IMG/VR virus record: IMGVR_UViG_3300031949_000004 | Span: 30,224-94,223 of that record | Strand: one strand, 5' to 3' | Source: a virus | DNA length: 64,000 nt | Shown: positions 46,902 to 54,994 of the stretch, in pieces | Position numbering within the stretch: position 1 is the stretch's first letter | Layout of the letters: every line of letters begins with the position of its first letter | The notes under the pieces: generated by a model | What the model saw: only the letters and a program-made list of their open reading frames with translations | Database searches by the model: none | Told to the model about the DNA's origin: nothing | Made by a program: the position numbers and the translations under genes

Positions 46902-47426
46902 CTACGGCTGTAGCGGTGCCCGCCAGTAGTTGGCCCATTCGGGCGGTGCCTTGCGGTCGAGAGGCACCAGGATGTGCGGCAGGTTGTGAGGCTTCTTGGG
47001 CACCGCGCGAAGCCTCATGCCGGCCTCGGCGAGGGTTTTGTCCGCCTTGTTCCGGTTGCAGTCCACGCAGCAGGCGGCGACGTTCTCCCAGGTCGTTCGG
47101 CCGCCCTTGGAGCGAGGCACGACGTGGTCGAGCGTCAGCTCTTCGGTGACGAACCTGCTGCCGCAATACTGGCAGGTGAAGTTGTCGCGGGCGTAAATGT
47201 TGATGCGCGAGAACTTGATCCTCATGCGCTCGCGCTTGAAGCTGCGCACGAGCTTCACGACCGAGGGCATGGGCCAGGTCTGGCTGGCGCTTCGGATCGT
47301 CTTGTCGGCGCTGTACTCGACGACCTCAGACTTGCCAAGCAGGACGTCGCAGAACGCCCGCTGCCAGGAGTCGACCCTGAGAGGTTGCATGCCGACATCG
47401 AGAACCAGAACTGCTGCGGTTGACAT
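46902..47426 (-). CDS. HNH endonuclease
   Basis: CQYCG...LDHVVPRSKGG...WENVAACCVDCNRNK is a classical HNH. Confidence 0.7.
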   Translation of the reverse strand: MSTAAVLVLDVGMQPLRVDSWQRAFCDVLLGKSEVVEYSADKTIRSASQTWPMPSVVKLVRSFKRERMRIKFSRINIYARDNFTCQYCGSRFVTEELTLDHVVPRSKGGRTTWENVAACCVDCNRNKADKTLAEAGMRLRAVPKKPHNLPHILVPLDRKAPPEWANYWRAPLQP

Positions 47427-47479
47427 GATGACTGTTTCCTTGTGTTGCGGCGGTCAATGTTGCGGGGTTGTTTTCATGT

Positions 47480-47569
47480 GGTGCCGAAAGGGGGAGTCGA
47501 ACCCCCAGCGCCCGTGAGGGCACACGGGTTTGAGCCGTGCGTGTCTACCAGTTCCAACCATTTCGGCAT
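47480..47569 (-). tRNA. tRNA-Leu(CAA), CCA encoded
   Basis: Acceptor GCCGAAA/TTTCGGC, anticodon stem CACGG/CCGTG, loop CTCAAAC, long variable arm. Confidence 0.6.
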
Positions 47570-47577
47570 AGTGTTAC

Positions 47578-48040
47578 TTAGGGAAGCATCGTAATACCTT
47601 TTTCAACTTCTGCATGACAGTTTTTGCACACCAATACACATTTCTTCCACTCAATCACAATTGCCTCCCACGATCTTGACCACAGGTTTGACGTGCCTAG
47701 CTGAAATAGTTTGGTGTTCCTGTCCCTGTGATGAAAGTCCAAAGCTCCTGAATACTTGTTGTAGCCACATAGAAGACAACACCCTCCCGACATTTCTATG
47801 AGTCTGCATCTTCGTTCTTTTCCACGTTCTACGGTTCTCTCTGCATACCGCCTGCGATCTTCAATGGGGAGTTGGTGATAGTCTCGCATTCTCCTTGATG
47901 GTCGAGACGGATCGTCGACTTTGGTGTTATGGGCGCCGAATGGCGAGCAAAGTAGACAAAATTTTCGCGTTTGAAGGAACCTGATCTTGCCGTCGAGTCG
48001 AATGCTCCAGGGTATTCGGGCACCACATTTCCTACACAGT
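47578..48040 (-). CDS. HNH endonuclease-like protein
   Basis: CLLCGYNKYSGALDFHHRDRNTK...CKNCHAEVE is an HNH/zinc motif. The N-terminal part of the called ORF (to 48150) is a tRNA translation (SNPS), so the true start is downstream. Confidence 0.45.
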
Positions 48041-48046
48041 CTCTTT

Positions 48047-48122
48047 GCCCGCACGGAAGGATTTGAACCCTCAACCCGTTGGTTCATTACGCCTAACTGC
48101 TCTGCCAATTGAGCTACGTGCG
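48047..48122 (-). tRNA. tRNA, isotype undetermined (irregular anticodon arm)
   Basis: Canonical acceptor CCGCACG/CGTGCGG, D-arm GCTC-AATTGGCA-GAGC and T-arm. The anticodon region has 3-4 extra nt and could not be folded canonically. Confidence 0.4.
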
Positions 48123-48202
48123 GATACCGGCGTCGCCTGTCAATGAGCACACATCATTTTACCACTAAGCTAAGACACTGTAACATTAGGCTATTGTTGG
48201 TA

Positions 48203-48340
48203 GGGGCAGAAGGGTTTGAACCTCCATCCCGGTTTCCCGGACCTGCTTTTGGACGATGCCCCTTTGGTGGGGAGGGGTAGATTGACCTACCATCCCTTGG
48301 GCCGAAACCCGCTGGTGTCTTACGTTAGACGACCTCCCCT
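48203..48340 (-). other. two tRNA-like elements, not resolvable by hand
   Basis: T-arm motifs (GGTTCAAACCC) and acceptor-like ends with CCA (tggtagggg, tggtgggg) are present. D and anticodon regions are non-canonical. Confidence 0.25.
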
Positions 48341-48346
48341 CATTTG

Positions 48347-48750
48347 TCAGCGGTAGAGCGGTAGCTCCGACACCACCTTTCTGACCGGGCGACGGTCGTT
48401 CACGAGGGCGATCCCTATAGCGGTTGCCTGGCCCGTGTACGGGGGATCTACCTCTTCGATGAGGGTGTGGTCCACCTTGGCCTCCGCGAGCCTGCGCGCG
48501 AGCGTACGAAGCCGGGGCTCGTCGGCGGCTTGCAGGAGAACCACGTGGGTCTCCGGCGGATGCGGCGCCTGGGCGCCGGCTGCATGGGCAATCTGCGCGG
48601 CGGCGAAGCCCCTTGGGAGATCGGCACGCGCGATGATGTAGGCCGTGGGGGGGAGGGCGGGACCGGTGTTAATGGATCGAGCGACGCATGTTCCCAGGAT
48701 ACACACGTTTGAGATCTCGTCAAGGGGCTTGACAGAAAAGCCGGTCATGG
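48347..48750 (-). CDS. peptidyl-tRNA hydrolase, PTH2 family
   Basis: YIIARADLPRGFAAAQIAHAAG matches the PTH2 core (vvRxDLxMxxGKiaAQcxHAa). The ORF's N-terminal extension is spurious. Confidence 0.5.
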
Positions 48751-48964
48751 CATCATAGGATCTCGCGCTGGGAACTGGCTCAGCAATGAACGGCTCGGCT
48801 AACTGGATTGCCCGAGCCGTTCGCTTTTTCAGCGCCCTGCTCGATAGGCCCGAGCTTTCAAGGCGTGGGCATGTCGGCACAGGTCGCATCGGCAACCGCA
48901 CTGCCCGCGATATGGTCCCCAACGTTTAACCTCTGGAATCATGGCTGCCATTTTACCACGCTTG

Positions 48965-49038
48965 TACTCGGGATGGGATTCGGACCCACAACAACAACGT
49001 TCTGAACGTTGGGCCTCTTCCAGTTGGGCTACCCGAGC
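48965..49038 (-). tRNA. class-I (short variable arm) tRNA with anticodon CAG (Leu codon CUG)
   Basis: Acceptor GCTCGGG/CCCGAGT, anticodon stem CAACG/CGTTG, loop TTCAGAA, 5-nt variable loop. Confidence 0.45.
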
Positions 49039-49044
49039 ATGTTG

Positions 49045-49125
49045 TGGAGGAGAAAGGAATCGAACCTTCACGTCTTTCGACACCGGGGCTTAAAGCCGGC
49101 GCGGCTGCCATTTCGCCACTCCCCC
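49045..49125 (-). tRNA. tRNA-Leu(TAA)
   Basis: Acceptor GGGGGAG/CTCCTCC, loop TTTAAGC, 13-nt variable arm hairpin. Confidence 0.5.
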
Positions 49126-49135
49126 AAGACAATTG

Positions 49136-49219
49136 TGCGAACAGCGGGGATCGAACCCGCAGTGCTCTTACGAGCCCGGCACCTCAAGCCGGTGCGTCTT
49201 CCAGTTGCGCCATGTTCGC
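49136..49219 (-). tRNA. tRNA-Leu(GAG)
   Basis: Acceptor GCGAACA/TGTTCGC, anticodon stem CCGGC/GCCGG, loop TTGAGGT, long variable arm. Confidence 0.6.
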
Positions 49220-49224
49220 ATGAG

Positions 49225-49299
49225 TGGGGACACCGGGACTCGAACCCGGAGCTTCTTGTTCCTAAGACAAGCGCCTCGTTCCAGTTGGGCTATGTCCCC
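49225..49299 (-). tRNA. class-I (short variable arm) tRNA with anticodon TAG (Leu codon CUA)
   Basis: Acceptor GGGGACA/TGTCCCC, anticodon stem CTTGT/ACAAG, loop CTTAGGA. The D-arm is nearly identical to the CAG tRNA at 48965. Confidence 0.45.
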
Positions 49300-49300
49300 G

Positions 49301-49374
49301 TAGTCCGCGAGGGAGTCGAACCCCCAACCCGTCGCTTATAGAGCAACTGCTCTACCCATTGAGCTACCGGACCA
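49301..49374 (-). tRNA. tRNA, Ile(TAT)-like anticodon
   Basis: D-arm GCTC-AATGGGTA-GAGC, anticodon stem GTTGC/GCGAC, loop TCTATAA (C at position 33). Confidence 0.4.
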
Positions 49375-49386
49375 TTGTTGTCTCTG

Positions 49387-49458
49387 CGGTGCCACCGAGA
49401 GTTGAACTCGGGCTTCTGCCTTGACAGGGCAACGTCAGTTCCGCTTGACCATGGCACC
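49387..49458 (-). tRNA. tRNA-Asp(GTC)
   Basis: Acceptor GGTGCCA/TGGCACC, loop CTGTCAA. Confidence 0.6.
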
Positions 49459-49806
49459 ATGTTGACACTTCCTCGAACAATAAAACCGCCTTGTTCCGAT
49501 TCGTATACCCCATCTGTATTTATATCCTGCTAATACAAAACTTTCAGCACAGAATGCACAACACAGGGTTACCACTGTTCCTCGTTTGATGTTGTGTTTG
49601 CTTACATGTTGACCTTTCATCGTCTTCTCAAGGTTAGAGAATTGGTTGTCCTGCTTGTTTTCGTTTTTGTGGTGAACCTCTTCCCTCAAGCGCATTACTT
49701 CGCCGGTGTTCTGCCACCACACGAGATGGTGTTCATAGCACTGGTTTTTCGCGTAGATTTTCCCAGGGTATCCAGGAGGGGCGATGACCTTCTTGTAGGT
49801 AGACAT
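49435..49806 (-). CDS. HNH endonuclease
   Basis: EEVHHKNENKQDNQFSNL (HH...N...DNxxNL) plus CCAFC...CSRKCQH zinc ligands. The 3' end overlaps tRNA-Asp by about 24 nt. Confidence 0.55.
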   Translation of the reverse strand: MSTYKKVIAPPGYPGKIYAKNQCYEHHLVWWQNTGEVMRLREEVHHKNENKQDNQFSNLEKTMKGQHVSKHNIKRGTVVTLCCAFCAESFVLAGYKYRWGIRIGTRRFYCSRKCQHGAMVKRN

Positions 49807-49848
49807 TGCCAACACCTTACCATTTGATCGGGCGATGAAGTCCAAAAT

Positions 49849-49922
49849 TGGTTGGAGGTAAGGGACTTGAACCCCTCTCTTCGGCGTGTAGGACCGAGGC
49901 ACAACCTCTATACCAACCTCCA
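49849..49922 (-). tRNA. tRNA-Val(TAC), CCA encoded
   Basis: Acceptor TGGAGGT/ACCTCCA, anticodon stem TCGGT/GCCGA, loop CCTACAC. Confidence 0.45.
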
Positions 49923-49926
49923 GTAG

Positions 49927-50000
49927 TGCGCGCAGCAGGAGTTGAACCTGCGGCCTTCGCCATGTCGAGGCGGTGCTCTTCCAGGCTGAGCTATGCGCGC
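49927..50000 (-). tRNA. tRNA-Val(GAC)
   Basis: Acceptor GCGCGCA/TGCGCGC, D-arm GCTC-AGCCTGGAA-GAGC, loop TCGACAT. Confidence 0.55.
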
Positions 50001-50004
50001 GTGA

Positions 50005-50256
50005 TCAGGAACGTACGGACTTGCGCCCGGCGAGTTCTCGGGATGAAGCTTCGATGGAGCTGCGCACATCCTCGGGCAGCTCGCTCATGTCGATCCTTCT
50101 GCCCTTGAGCTTTCCCGTGGCCAGCTTGCCGATGACACCGAGGAACTCGTCGCGATCTTTCGGGGCGAGCGTGCTCAAGAACATCTTGGCCTGGGTCGAC
50201 ATCTGGATAGCCATGGTCTTCGGCCTGCTTGTCGACTTTCGCCTTTTTTTGGGCAT
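50005..50256 (-). CDS. small basic hypothetical protein
   Basis: N-terminal PKKRRKSTSRPK. Confidence 0.3.
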   Translation of the reverse strand: MPKKRRKSTSRPKTMAIQMSTQAKMFLSTLAPKDRDEFLGVIGKLATGKLKGRRIDMSELPEDVRSSIEASSRELAGRKSVRS

Positions 50257-50259
50257 CCG

Positions 50260-50616
50260 TCAGCTCAAGTAGGACACGACCTCGTAGCGGTTCGAGGGCA
50301 TCTTGTGCCAGGTCAGCACCCAGGAGAATCGCTGACGCTCGGAGTCCCGGTGCTTATAGACCGTGCTCATCCGCCCCTCGCGCCCGCACAGAATGAATGC
50401 CTCTTCCTGGGGATCCTCGGCCGAGAACCCGTGCTCGTGCATGAACTCCATGATGGGGCTCACGGGGATCGCCTCGAAGTAGGTGTTGTGCGTGAGCTTC
50501 GAGAGGAAGTCGTTCACGGCGTCCTTGTCGTGCTTGAGGGTCTTCCGGGTGGCAGCCATGGGGTGGCCGCGCTCCCCTAGACCGAGATCATTCGGGCGAT
50601 CACGAAAGCTTGGCAT
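50260..50616 (-). CDS. hypothetical protein
   Basis: 118-aa ORF adjacent to the small basic ORF inside the tRNA array. Confidence 0.3.
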   Translation of the reverse strand: MPSFRDRPNDLGLGERGHPMAATRKTLKHDKDAVNDFLSKLTHNTYFEAIPVSPIMEFMHEHGFSAEDPQEEAFILCGREGRMSTVYKHRDSERQRFSWVLTWHKMPSNRYEVVSYLS

Positions 50617-50746
50617 GCCTTTATCCTGCTCCTGATCTTGGCGACCGTCAACCCGTTACGAATGCGCTGCGTTGTGGCGCCAGCGGGTGCCGCCCCCGCC
50701 AATCCTGGCTTATGAAACCTGGTCGAGCTGCTAGGCTCTGGCGCCG

Positions 50747-50823
50747 TGGTGTCCCCGCCCGGAGTTGAACCGGGAACTCAGGTTTCGTAAACCTGTGTGA
50801 TATCCAGTTTCACGCACGAGGAC
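50747..50823 (-). tRNA. tRNA-Arg(ACG), CCA encoded
   Basis: Anticodon stem CAGGT/ACCTG, loop TTACGAA. Confidence 0.65.
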
Positions 50824-50824
50824 A

Positions 50825-50901
50825 TGGTACCCGCGAGAGGACTCGAACCCCCACAGACTCGATCCGAAGTCGAGTGCCCTTTTCCATTAGGCGACGCGGG
50901 C
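50825..50901 (-). tRNA. tRNA-Arg(TCG), CCA encoded
   Basis: Anticodon stem CTCGA/TCGAG, loop CTTCGGA. Confidence 0.65.
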
Positions 50902-50909
50902 ATGTTGTG

Positions 50910-50983
50910 TGATCCCAGGGGGACTCGAACCCCGCATTCCCGGCTTGAAGGGCCGGTGTCCTGACCGATTGGACGATGGGACC
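50910..50983 (-). tRNA. tRNA-Glu(TTC)
   Basis: Anticodon stem CCGGC/GCCGG, loop CCTTCAA. Confidence 0.6.
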
Positions 50984-50986
50984 GGG

Positions 50987-51065
50987 TGGTGATCTCGGGG
51001 GGATTTGAACCCCACATTCCCGCCGTGAGAGGGCGGTGTCCTGAGCCGGGTTAGACGACGAGATC
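50987..51065 (-). tRNA. tRNA-Glu(CTC), CCA encoded
   Basis: Anticodon stem CCGCC/GGCGG, loop CTCTCAC. Confidence 0.6.
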
Positions 51066-51073
51066 GTGTGTAG

Positions 51074-51148
51074 TGTCCTCGGCCGGAATCGAACCGGCAA
51101 CCTCGACGTTCGGAGCGTCGTACTCTGATCCATTTGAGCTACGAGGAC
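51074..51148 (-). tRNA. tRNA-Arg(CCG)
   Basis: Anticodon stem CGACG/CGTCG, loop CTCCGAA. Confidence 0.65.
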
Positions 51149-51149
51149 G

Positions 51150-51317
51150 TTTGGTAGCTTCGGTGTAAAAGTCCAAGCCTCCCCACCTTCGTCGCATGTG
51201 ATGCTTCATCCATTCGATGAAGTGTCGGTAACAACGACCGCAGTATGCAACCGCGAACTCTCGAAACAGGTGTCCGGTTGCTGGGTGATAAGGCCCACCA
51301 CAAGCAAAGCAACGCAT
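51150..51317 (-). CDS. small zinc-binding hypothetical protein
   Basis: MRCFACGG...YCGRCYRH. The called ORF extends further 3' into a tRNA. Confidence 0.2.
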
Positions 51318-51330
51318 GATTTCCTTTCCG

Positions 51331-51404
51331 TGCGCCCGGCAGGAGTTGAACCCGCAACCTTCCGTGTAGAAGACGATTGCTCTTGTCCATTGAGCTACGA
51401 GCGC
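51331..51404 (-). tRNA. tRNA-Arg(TCT)
   Basis: Loop CTTCTAC. Confidence 0.55.
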
Positions 51405-51543
51405 ATGTTGATGAATTGGAGCCCGCCGGCAGGATTACCCCACCCCGAAGGTATTCTAGTAGTGACCCCGCGCGAGGTCAGGAACATGGCTTATTAGGCC
51501 ATCGATAGCCTTCCAGTGGTCTGACGACCACAACGGACATAAG

Positions 51544-51615
51544 CTCCGGGAACTGGGATCGAACCAGTGACTTCACGCTTAACAGGCGTGCCGCTTTCCT
51601 CTCGCGTACCCCGGA
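51544..51615 (-). tRNA. tRNA-Asn(GTT)
   Basis: Anticodon stem CACGC/GCGTG, loop CTGTTAA. Confidence 0.65.
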
Positions 51616-51635
51616 ATATCTATTGAAACAACTTG

Positions 51636-51709
51636 AGCTGGTGAGAGGAATTGAACCCCCAACCAACGCATTACAAATGCGCTGCTCTACCTATTGAGCT
51701 ACACCAGCG
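51636..51709 (-). tRNA. tRNA-Thr(TGT)
   Basis: Anticodon stem GCGCA/TGCGT, loop TTTGTAA. Confidence 0.65.
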
Positions 51710-51711
51710 TA

Positions 51712-51803
51712 GCGGGGACCGGATTTGAACCGGTGAAACCTGGCTTATGAGGCCAGTGGGTTTCGATCTGACGTGAGCCAGACCTCCATACTTCCCTACC
51801 CCG
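51712..51803 (-). tRNA. tRNA-Met(CAT)-like with atypical 5' region (about 23 extra nt in the D region)
   Basis: Anticodon stem CTGGC/GCCAG, loop CTCATAA, T-arm ACCGG-TTCAAAT-CCGGT, acceptor 3' strand present. The segment between the acceptor and the anticodon arm is too long. Confidence 0.3.
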
Positions 51804-51806
51804 CAG

Positions 51807-51878
51807 AGCCCACGCGGGGAATCGAACCCCGTTCTCCGGCTTACGAAACCGGCACATCACCATCTATGCTTCGTGGGC
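51807..51878 (-). tRNA. tRNA-Thr(CGT)
   Basis: Acceptor GCCCACG/CGTGGGC, loop TTCGTAA. Confidence 0.6.
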
Positions 51879-51957
51879 GCGTATCCGGTTCTCGCACAAT
51901 CCAGTGCAGCGTTGTGCCTGACGCTGGAGAGCTGAAGAGGGTCGAGAACCGTGTGGT

Positions 51958-52032
51958 TGGAGCGACGTACAGGAGTTGAACCTGCGCAATGCTGCTTGGA
52001 AGGCAGCCGCCTTACCGTTCGGCCAACGTCGC
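51958..52032 (-). tRNA. tRNA-Gly(TCC), CCA encoded
   Basis: Anticodon stem GCTGC/GCAGC, loop CTTCCAA. Confidence 0.65.
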
Positions 52033-52038
52033 ATGTTG

Positions 52039-52110
52039 AGCGGATGATGGGACTCGGACCCACGTCGTCCACCTTGGCAAGGTGGTGCCTGGCCTCTAGG
52101 CTACATCCGC
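52039..52110 (-). tRNA. tRNA-Gly(GCC)
   Basis: Anticodon stem CCACC/GGTGG, loop TTGCCAA. Confidence 0.65.
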
Positions 52111-52117
52111 GTGCTTG

Positions 52118-52189
52118 AGGTTCCATCCCGGATCGAACGGGAGATGCTTGATTTGCAGTCAAGTGCCTTACCAACTTGGCTATGGAACC
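52118..52189 (-). tRNA. tRNA-Cys(GCA)
   Basis: Anticodon stem CTTGA/TCAAG, loop CTGCAAA. Confidence 0.65.
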
Positions 52190-52198
52190 AGATCGAAG

Positions 52199-52284
52199 AG
52201 GAGAACGGTGGTCACGATCCACACAACCTTTCGACTGCCCTTGGTTTAGCAAACCAGGACGCCCCCAAGGGCGCTTCGCTCTCC
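52199..52284 (-). tRNA. tRNA-Ser(GCT)
   Basis: Loop TTGCTAA, long variable arm, non-canonical T-loop ATCGTGA. Confidence 0.5.
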
Positions 52285-52432
52285 AGGGGACCGGAATACA
52301 GGGCTGCTTTGGCTTCGATGAAGCATTGGTGCCCCAACCGGTCCTAGAGGAAGGCGGTGGTCTTGATCCACATGCCCGAGGGCACCATCGGTGTTCGAGG
52401 CCGTGCGTGCGTCCCTACACGTTCACCTTCCG

Positions 52433-52526
52433 TGGAGGAGAGTGGAGGTATCGAACCTCAAACCCGAATCAACGAGTTCGCTCCGGCTTCCAACCGGGCC
52501 TGACTCCCATAGTCAGCTCGCTCTCC
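52433..52526 (-). tRNA. tRNA-Ser(GGA), CCA encoded
   Basis: Loop TTGGAAG, long variable arm, T-arm GGAGG-TTCGATA-CCTCC. Confidence 0.5.
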
Positions 52527-52815
52527 ATGGTGGCCCCGTTCGACATGCAGGCCGGGGCCGGCGCCTGGTTACCCTACCGCGCGGGCACGATGCGGAAGCG
52601 GGGTTGCTTCTTCACGGTGCCGGGCTTGCCGTACTGCTGACCTTGCAGCATGTACTGGGCAACCTTGTCGGCCGCCGCTGGGTAGGTGGTGAACGTGCCG
52701 CCGATGGGATACCAGCGACCGTCCACGAGTTGCTCTACTTGGTACATGTGTCACCTCCGATGATGTATCGGAGGGCGCTACAAAAAGTCCGTGGCCATGT
52801 CCCTTTCCTTTCGCT

Positions 52816-53259
52816 CTAGGTGATGTTCCAGCGATCCCAATGCTCGTACCAGGCCGGCATCAGCAGCTCGTCAAAGTCGCCGTGCTCGTGGTTGAGCAAC
52901 TGCTTGGCCCGGCGACGGATTTTCCTGTGCGCCATCTTGCGGTAGTACCGGGCGATGCGAAGGTTGCAGCCGTAGTGCCGCCGCCAGGGGTGGAAGTGTG
53001 GCGACAGCAAAGGAACGACAATCTGGCCTTCGAGCGTGTCGACCACGCTCCTGGCGTCCCCATTCTGGTAGTAGGCGATCCTTCCGGGGCGGCCAAGCTG
53101 CTCGCTCTCGTAGGTCGCGATGAAGATCTCCGGAGTCAGCCGTCTAGCCTGTTCCAAGATCATCGTGTTTCGTTCGTACCAGGCATCGGAATGTGTGAAC
53201 GCAAATTTCTTGGCCGTGCCGGGCAAGGACGGCAAGTGTCTGAGTCGGAATGTGCGTGC
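52816..53259 (-). CDS. hypothetical protein within the tRNA array
   Basis: ORF starting at MARTFRL. The upstream extension of the called ORF is unsupported. Confidence 0.3.
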   Translation of the reverse strand, partial: ARTFRLRHLPSLPGTAKKFAFTHSDAWYERNTMILEQARRLTPEIFIATYESEQLGRPGRIAYYQNGDARSVVDTLEGQIVVPLLSPHFHPWRRHYGCNLRIARYYRKMAHRKIRRRAKQLLNHEHGDFDELLMPAWYEHWDRWNIT

Positions 53260-53461
53260 CATGTGAAGCCTCCTTATTGAGCTGACTTCATGTGGCACCT
53301 CCTTTCGGAACGATGGTTTCGAGCAATCAAGCACTGTACCTTAGTTTCGGTTTGAGAGGAAGACGGGAGTAACGATCTCCAAGCCCGAGAGGTCTTCGAC
53401 CCGAGGCTCCATCCGCTTTCAAGACGGTGCTCGGCGCCATGCCGAGTTCATCTTCCAGGTG

Positions 53462-53532
53462 CGGGTCGTGAAGGAATCGAACCCTCGTAAGCAGGTTTGG
53501 AGGCTGCCGTCCTACCGCTAGACGAACGACCC
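53462..53532 (-). tRNA. tRNA-Trp(CCA)
   Basis: Loop CTCCAAA as in E. coli tRNA-Trp. The anticodon stem has one extra nt. Confidence 0.5.
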
Positions 53533-53638
53533 AGAAATTGTGGGCAAAACCTGGCGAGTTGTTGGCGCGCGGGTATCTAATCCGCGTGTAGCCCGTATTC
53601 GAGCGAATCTTGGGATCCTCCGCCCGCTTTTGCCCTAG

Positions 53639-53710
53639 TGGAACCACGGCGAGTTGAACGCCGATTCCGAGACTGCCAGCCTCGTGTCCTCCCAGTTGGA
53701 CGATGGCCCC
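53639..53710 (-). tRNA. tRNA-Ala(GGC)
   Basis: G3:U70 present, loop CTGGCAG. Confidence 0.6.
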
Positions 53711-53858
53711 TAACGCCGGTGCTCTTCCGCTGAGCTACAAGCCATCACTACGCGACCGATCGTCGGGACATGTCCCGACGCCAATGATCGTCTTCCGTAT
53801 GCGAGCGATCTTGGACGGTGAAAGCAAGGCGGGGATCGAACCTCCGACCTCCGGCTGG

Positions 53859-53930
53859 TGGAACCACGGCGAGTTGAACGCCGATCTCGACGTTGCGAAC
53901 GTCGTGTCCTCCCAATTGGACGATGGCCCC
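53859..53930 (-). tRNA. tRNA-Ala(CGC)
   Basis: About 85% identical to the GGC copy, loop TTCGCAA, G3:U70 present. Confidence 0.6.
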
Positions 53931-54078
53931 TAACTTGGCGGTTGTTTTACCGACTGAACTACCGGCAATCCTGCTTCATGGCTAGCAACATGAACCAGGG
54001 CTCTTGCGAGCTTCCGTATGCGTGCGCATCTGGGGGTCTTGCCGAGGAGGGTTTGAACTCTCCGATTCCCGCCAATAG

Positions 54079-54151
54079 TGGATCTCACCGGAGTCGAACC
54101 GGCCGCCTCCTGGTTGCAAACCAGGCGCTCTCCCAGATGAGCTAGAGACCC
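54079..54151 (-). tRNA. tRNA-Ala(TGC)
   Basis: Anticodon stem CCTGG/CCAGG, loop TTTGCAA, G3:U70 present. Confidence 0.6.
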
Positions 54152-54717
54152 CGAAGAACCTTGCAATCAAAAACTTCAACCGCGAGATCTTGTAATCGTG
54201 CCGATCGCAACCTTCCCAACAACCTAGTATCGACAAAGGCTATTCGCTTTCGCTTGTCTCCACTTTTCTTGACATCGGCAAAACGAGCTATAACGTCATG
54301 GAGCCCATGTCCACCATCCTTGGTGTACTCAATCAAGGTTGAATGATCGGCAAAGTCCACGTACCTGCCACCCACCTTTTCTTTGTGGAAAACCGTGTGG
54401 TATTTGCGTTCAAGTATTGCCTTGATTTCAAGTTCGTCTTTGCGATACGCAAGATTGAGTTTTTCAGGTATCTCGGGATGTGTTGCATGCAATCTTGTTG
54501 CATTGTCGCCAAAGACCTTTGGCAGACATTTGTCACACCATTTGCGATGCGGTTCAATCGGTAAGCGGCATCCAGAACACCATTCCTTGCGTTTGATCCG
54601 TTTGGGGTGTTTGCGGTTGTTGTAGGATGCAGCATGCGACTGACAGCAGAACTTGCCTGTGGATCCGTGTGGAACCACAAAGATTGTCTGGCATTCTAAA
54701 CATGTACTTTGCATGTT
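54142..54717 (-). CDS. endonuclease-like protein with N-terminal zinc finger (possible homing endonuclease)
   Basis: CLECQ...CCQSH...CSGC...CDKC zinc ligands. C-terminal GGRYVDFADHSTLIEYTKDG resembles a PD-(D/E)xK motif. The 5' extension of the called ORF is a tRNA-Pro translation. Confidence 0.4.
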   Translation of the reverse strand, partial: NMQSTCLECQTIFVVPHGSTGKFCCQSHAASYNNRKHPKRIKRKEWCSGCRLPIEPHRKWCDKCLPKVFGDNATRLHATHPEIPEKLNLAYRKDELEIKAILERKYHTVFHKEKVGGRYVDFADHSTLIEYTKDGGHGLHDVIARFADVKKSGDKRKRIAFVDTRLLGRLRSARLQDLAVEVFDCKVLRGL

Positions 54718-54718
54718 G

Positions 54719-54792
54719 TCGGAGTGATCGGATTTGAACCGATGACCCCCTGGTCCCAGGCCAGGTGCGCTACCAAGCTGCGCCACACTCCG
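54719..54792 (-). tRNA. tRNA-Pro(TGG)
   Basis: Loop CCTGGGA. Confidence 0.65.
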
Positions 54793-54835
54793 ATGTTATA
54801 CTGACAAGGGTAACTATGCAACCATGTAGGATTAG

Positions 54836-54906
54836 GGTGACCGATGGGAGTCGAACCCACGATAGCTGGTTCACAGCCAGCCGCCTTACCACTTGGCTAC
54901 GGCCAC
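54836..54906 (-). tRNA. tRNA-His(GTG)
   Basis: Loop CTGTGAA and C73 discriminator. No encoded G-1 (position -1 is C). Confidence 0.6.
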
Positions 54907-54908
54907 GG

Positions 54909-54980
54909 TCCCCATGTCTGGAATCGAACCAGCATCGGTCGCTTATCGAGCGGCTGCACGAACCATTGTGCTACATGGGG
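54909..54980 (-). tRNA. tRNA-Ile(GAT)
   Basis: Loop TCGATAA. Confidence 0.55.
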
Positions 54981-54994
54981 ATGAATCACTTCGG

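Noticed and set aside
52288-52432. Two further tRNA-like stretches with GTGG-ATCAAGA-CCAC-type T-arms, one with a possible 8-bp acceptor
   Set aside because: No convincing anticodon arm could be folded by hand. They may be pseudo-tRNAs or unusual tRNAs and need tRNAscan-SE or ARAGORN.
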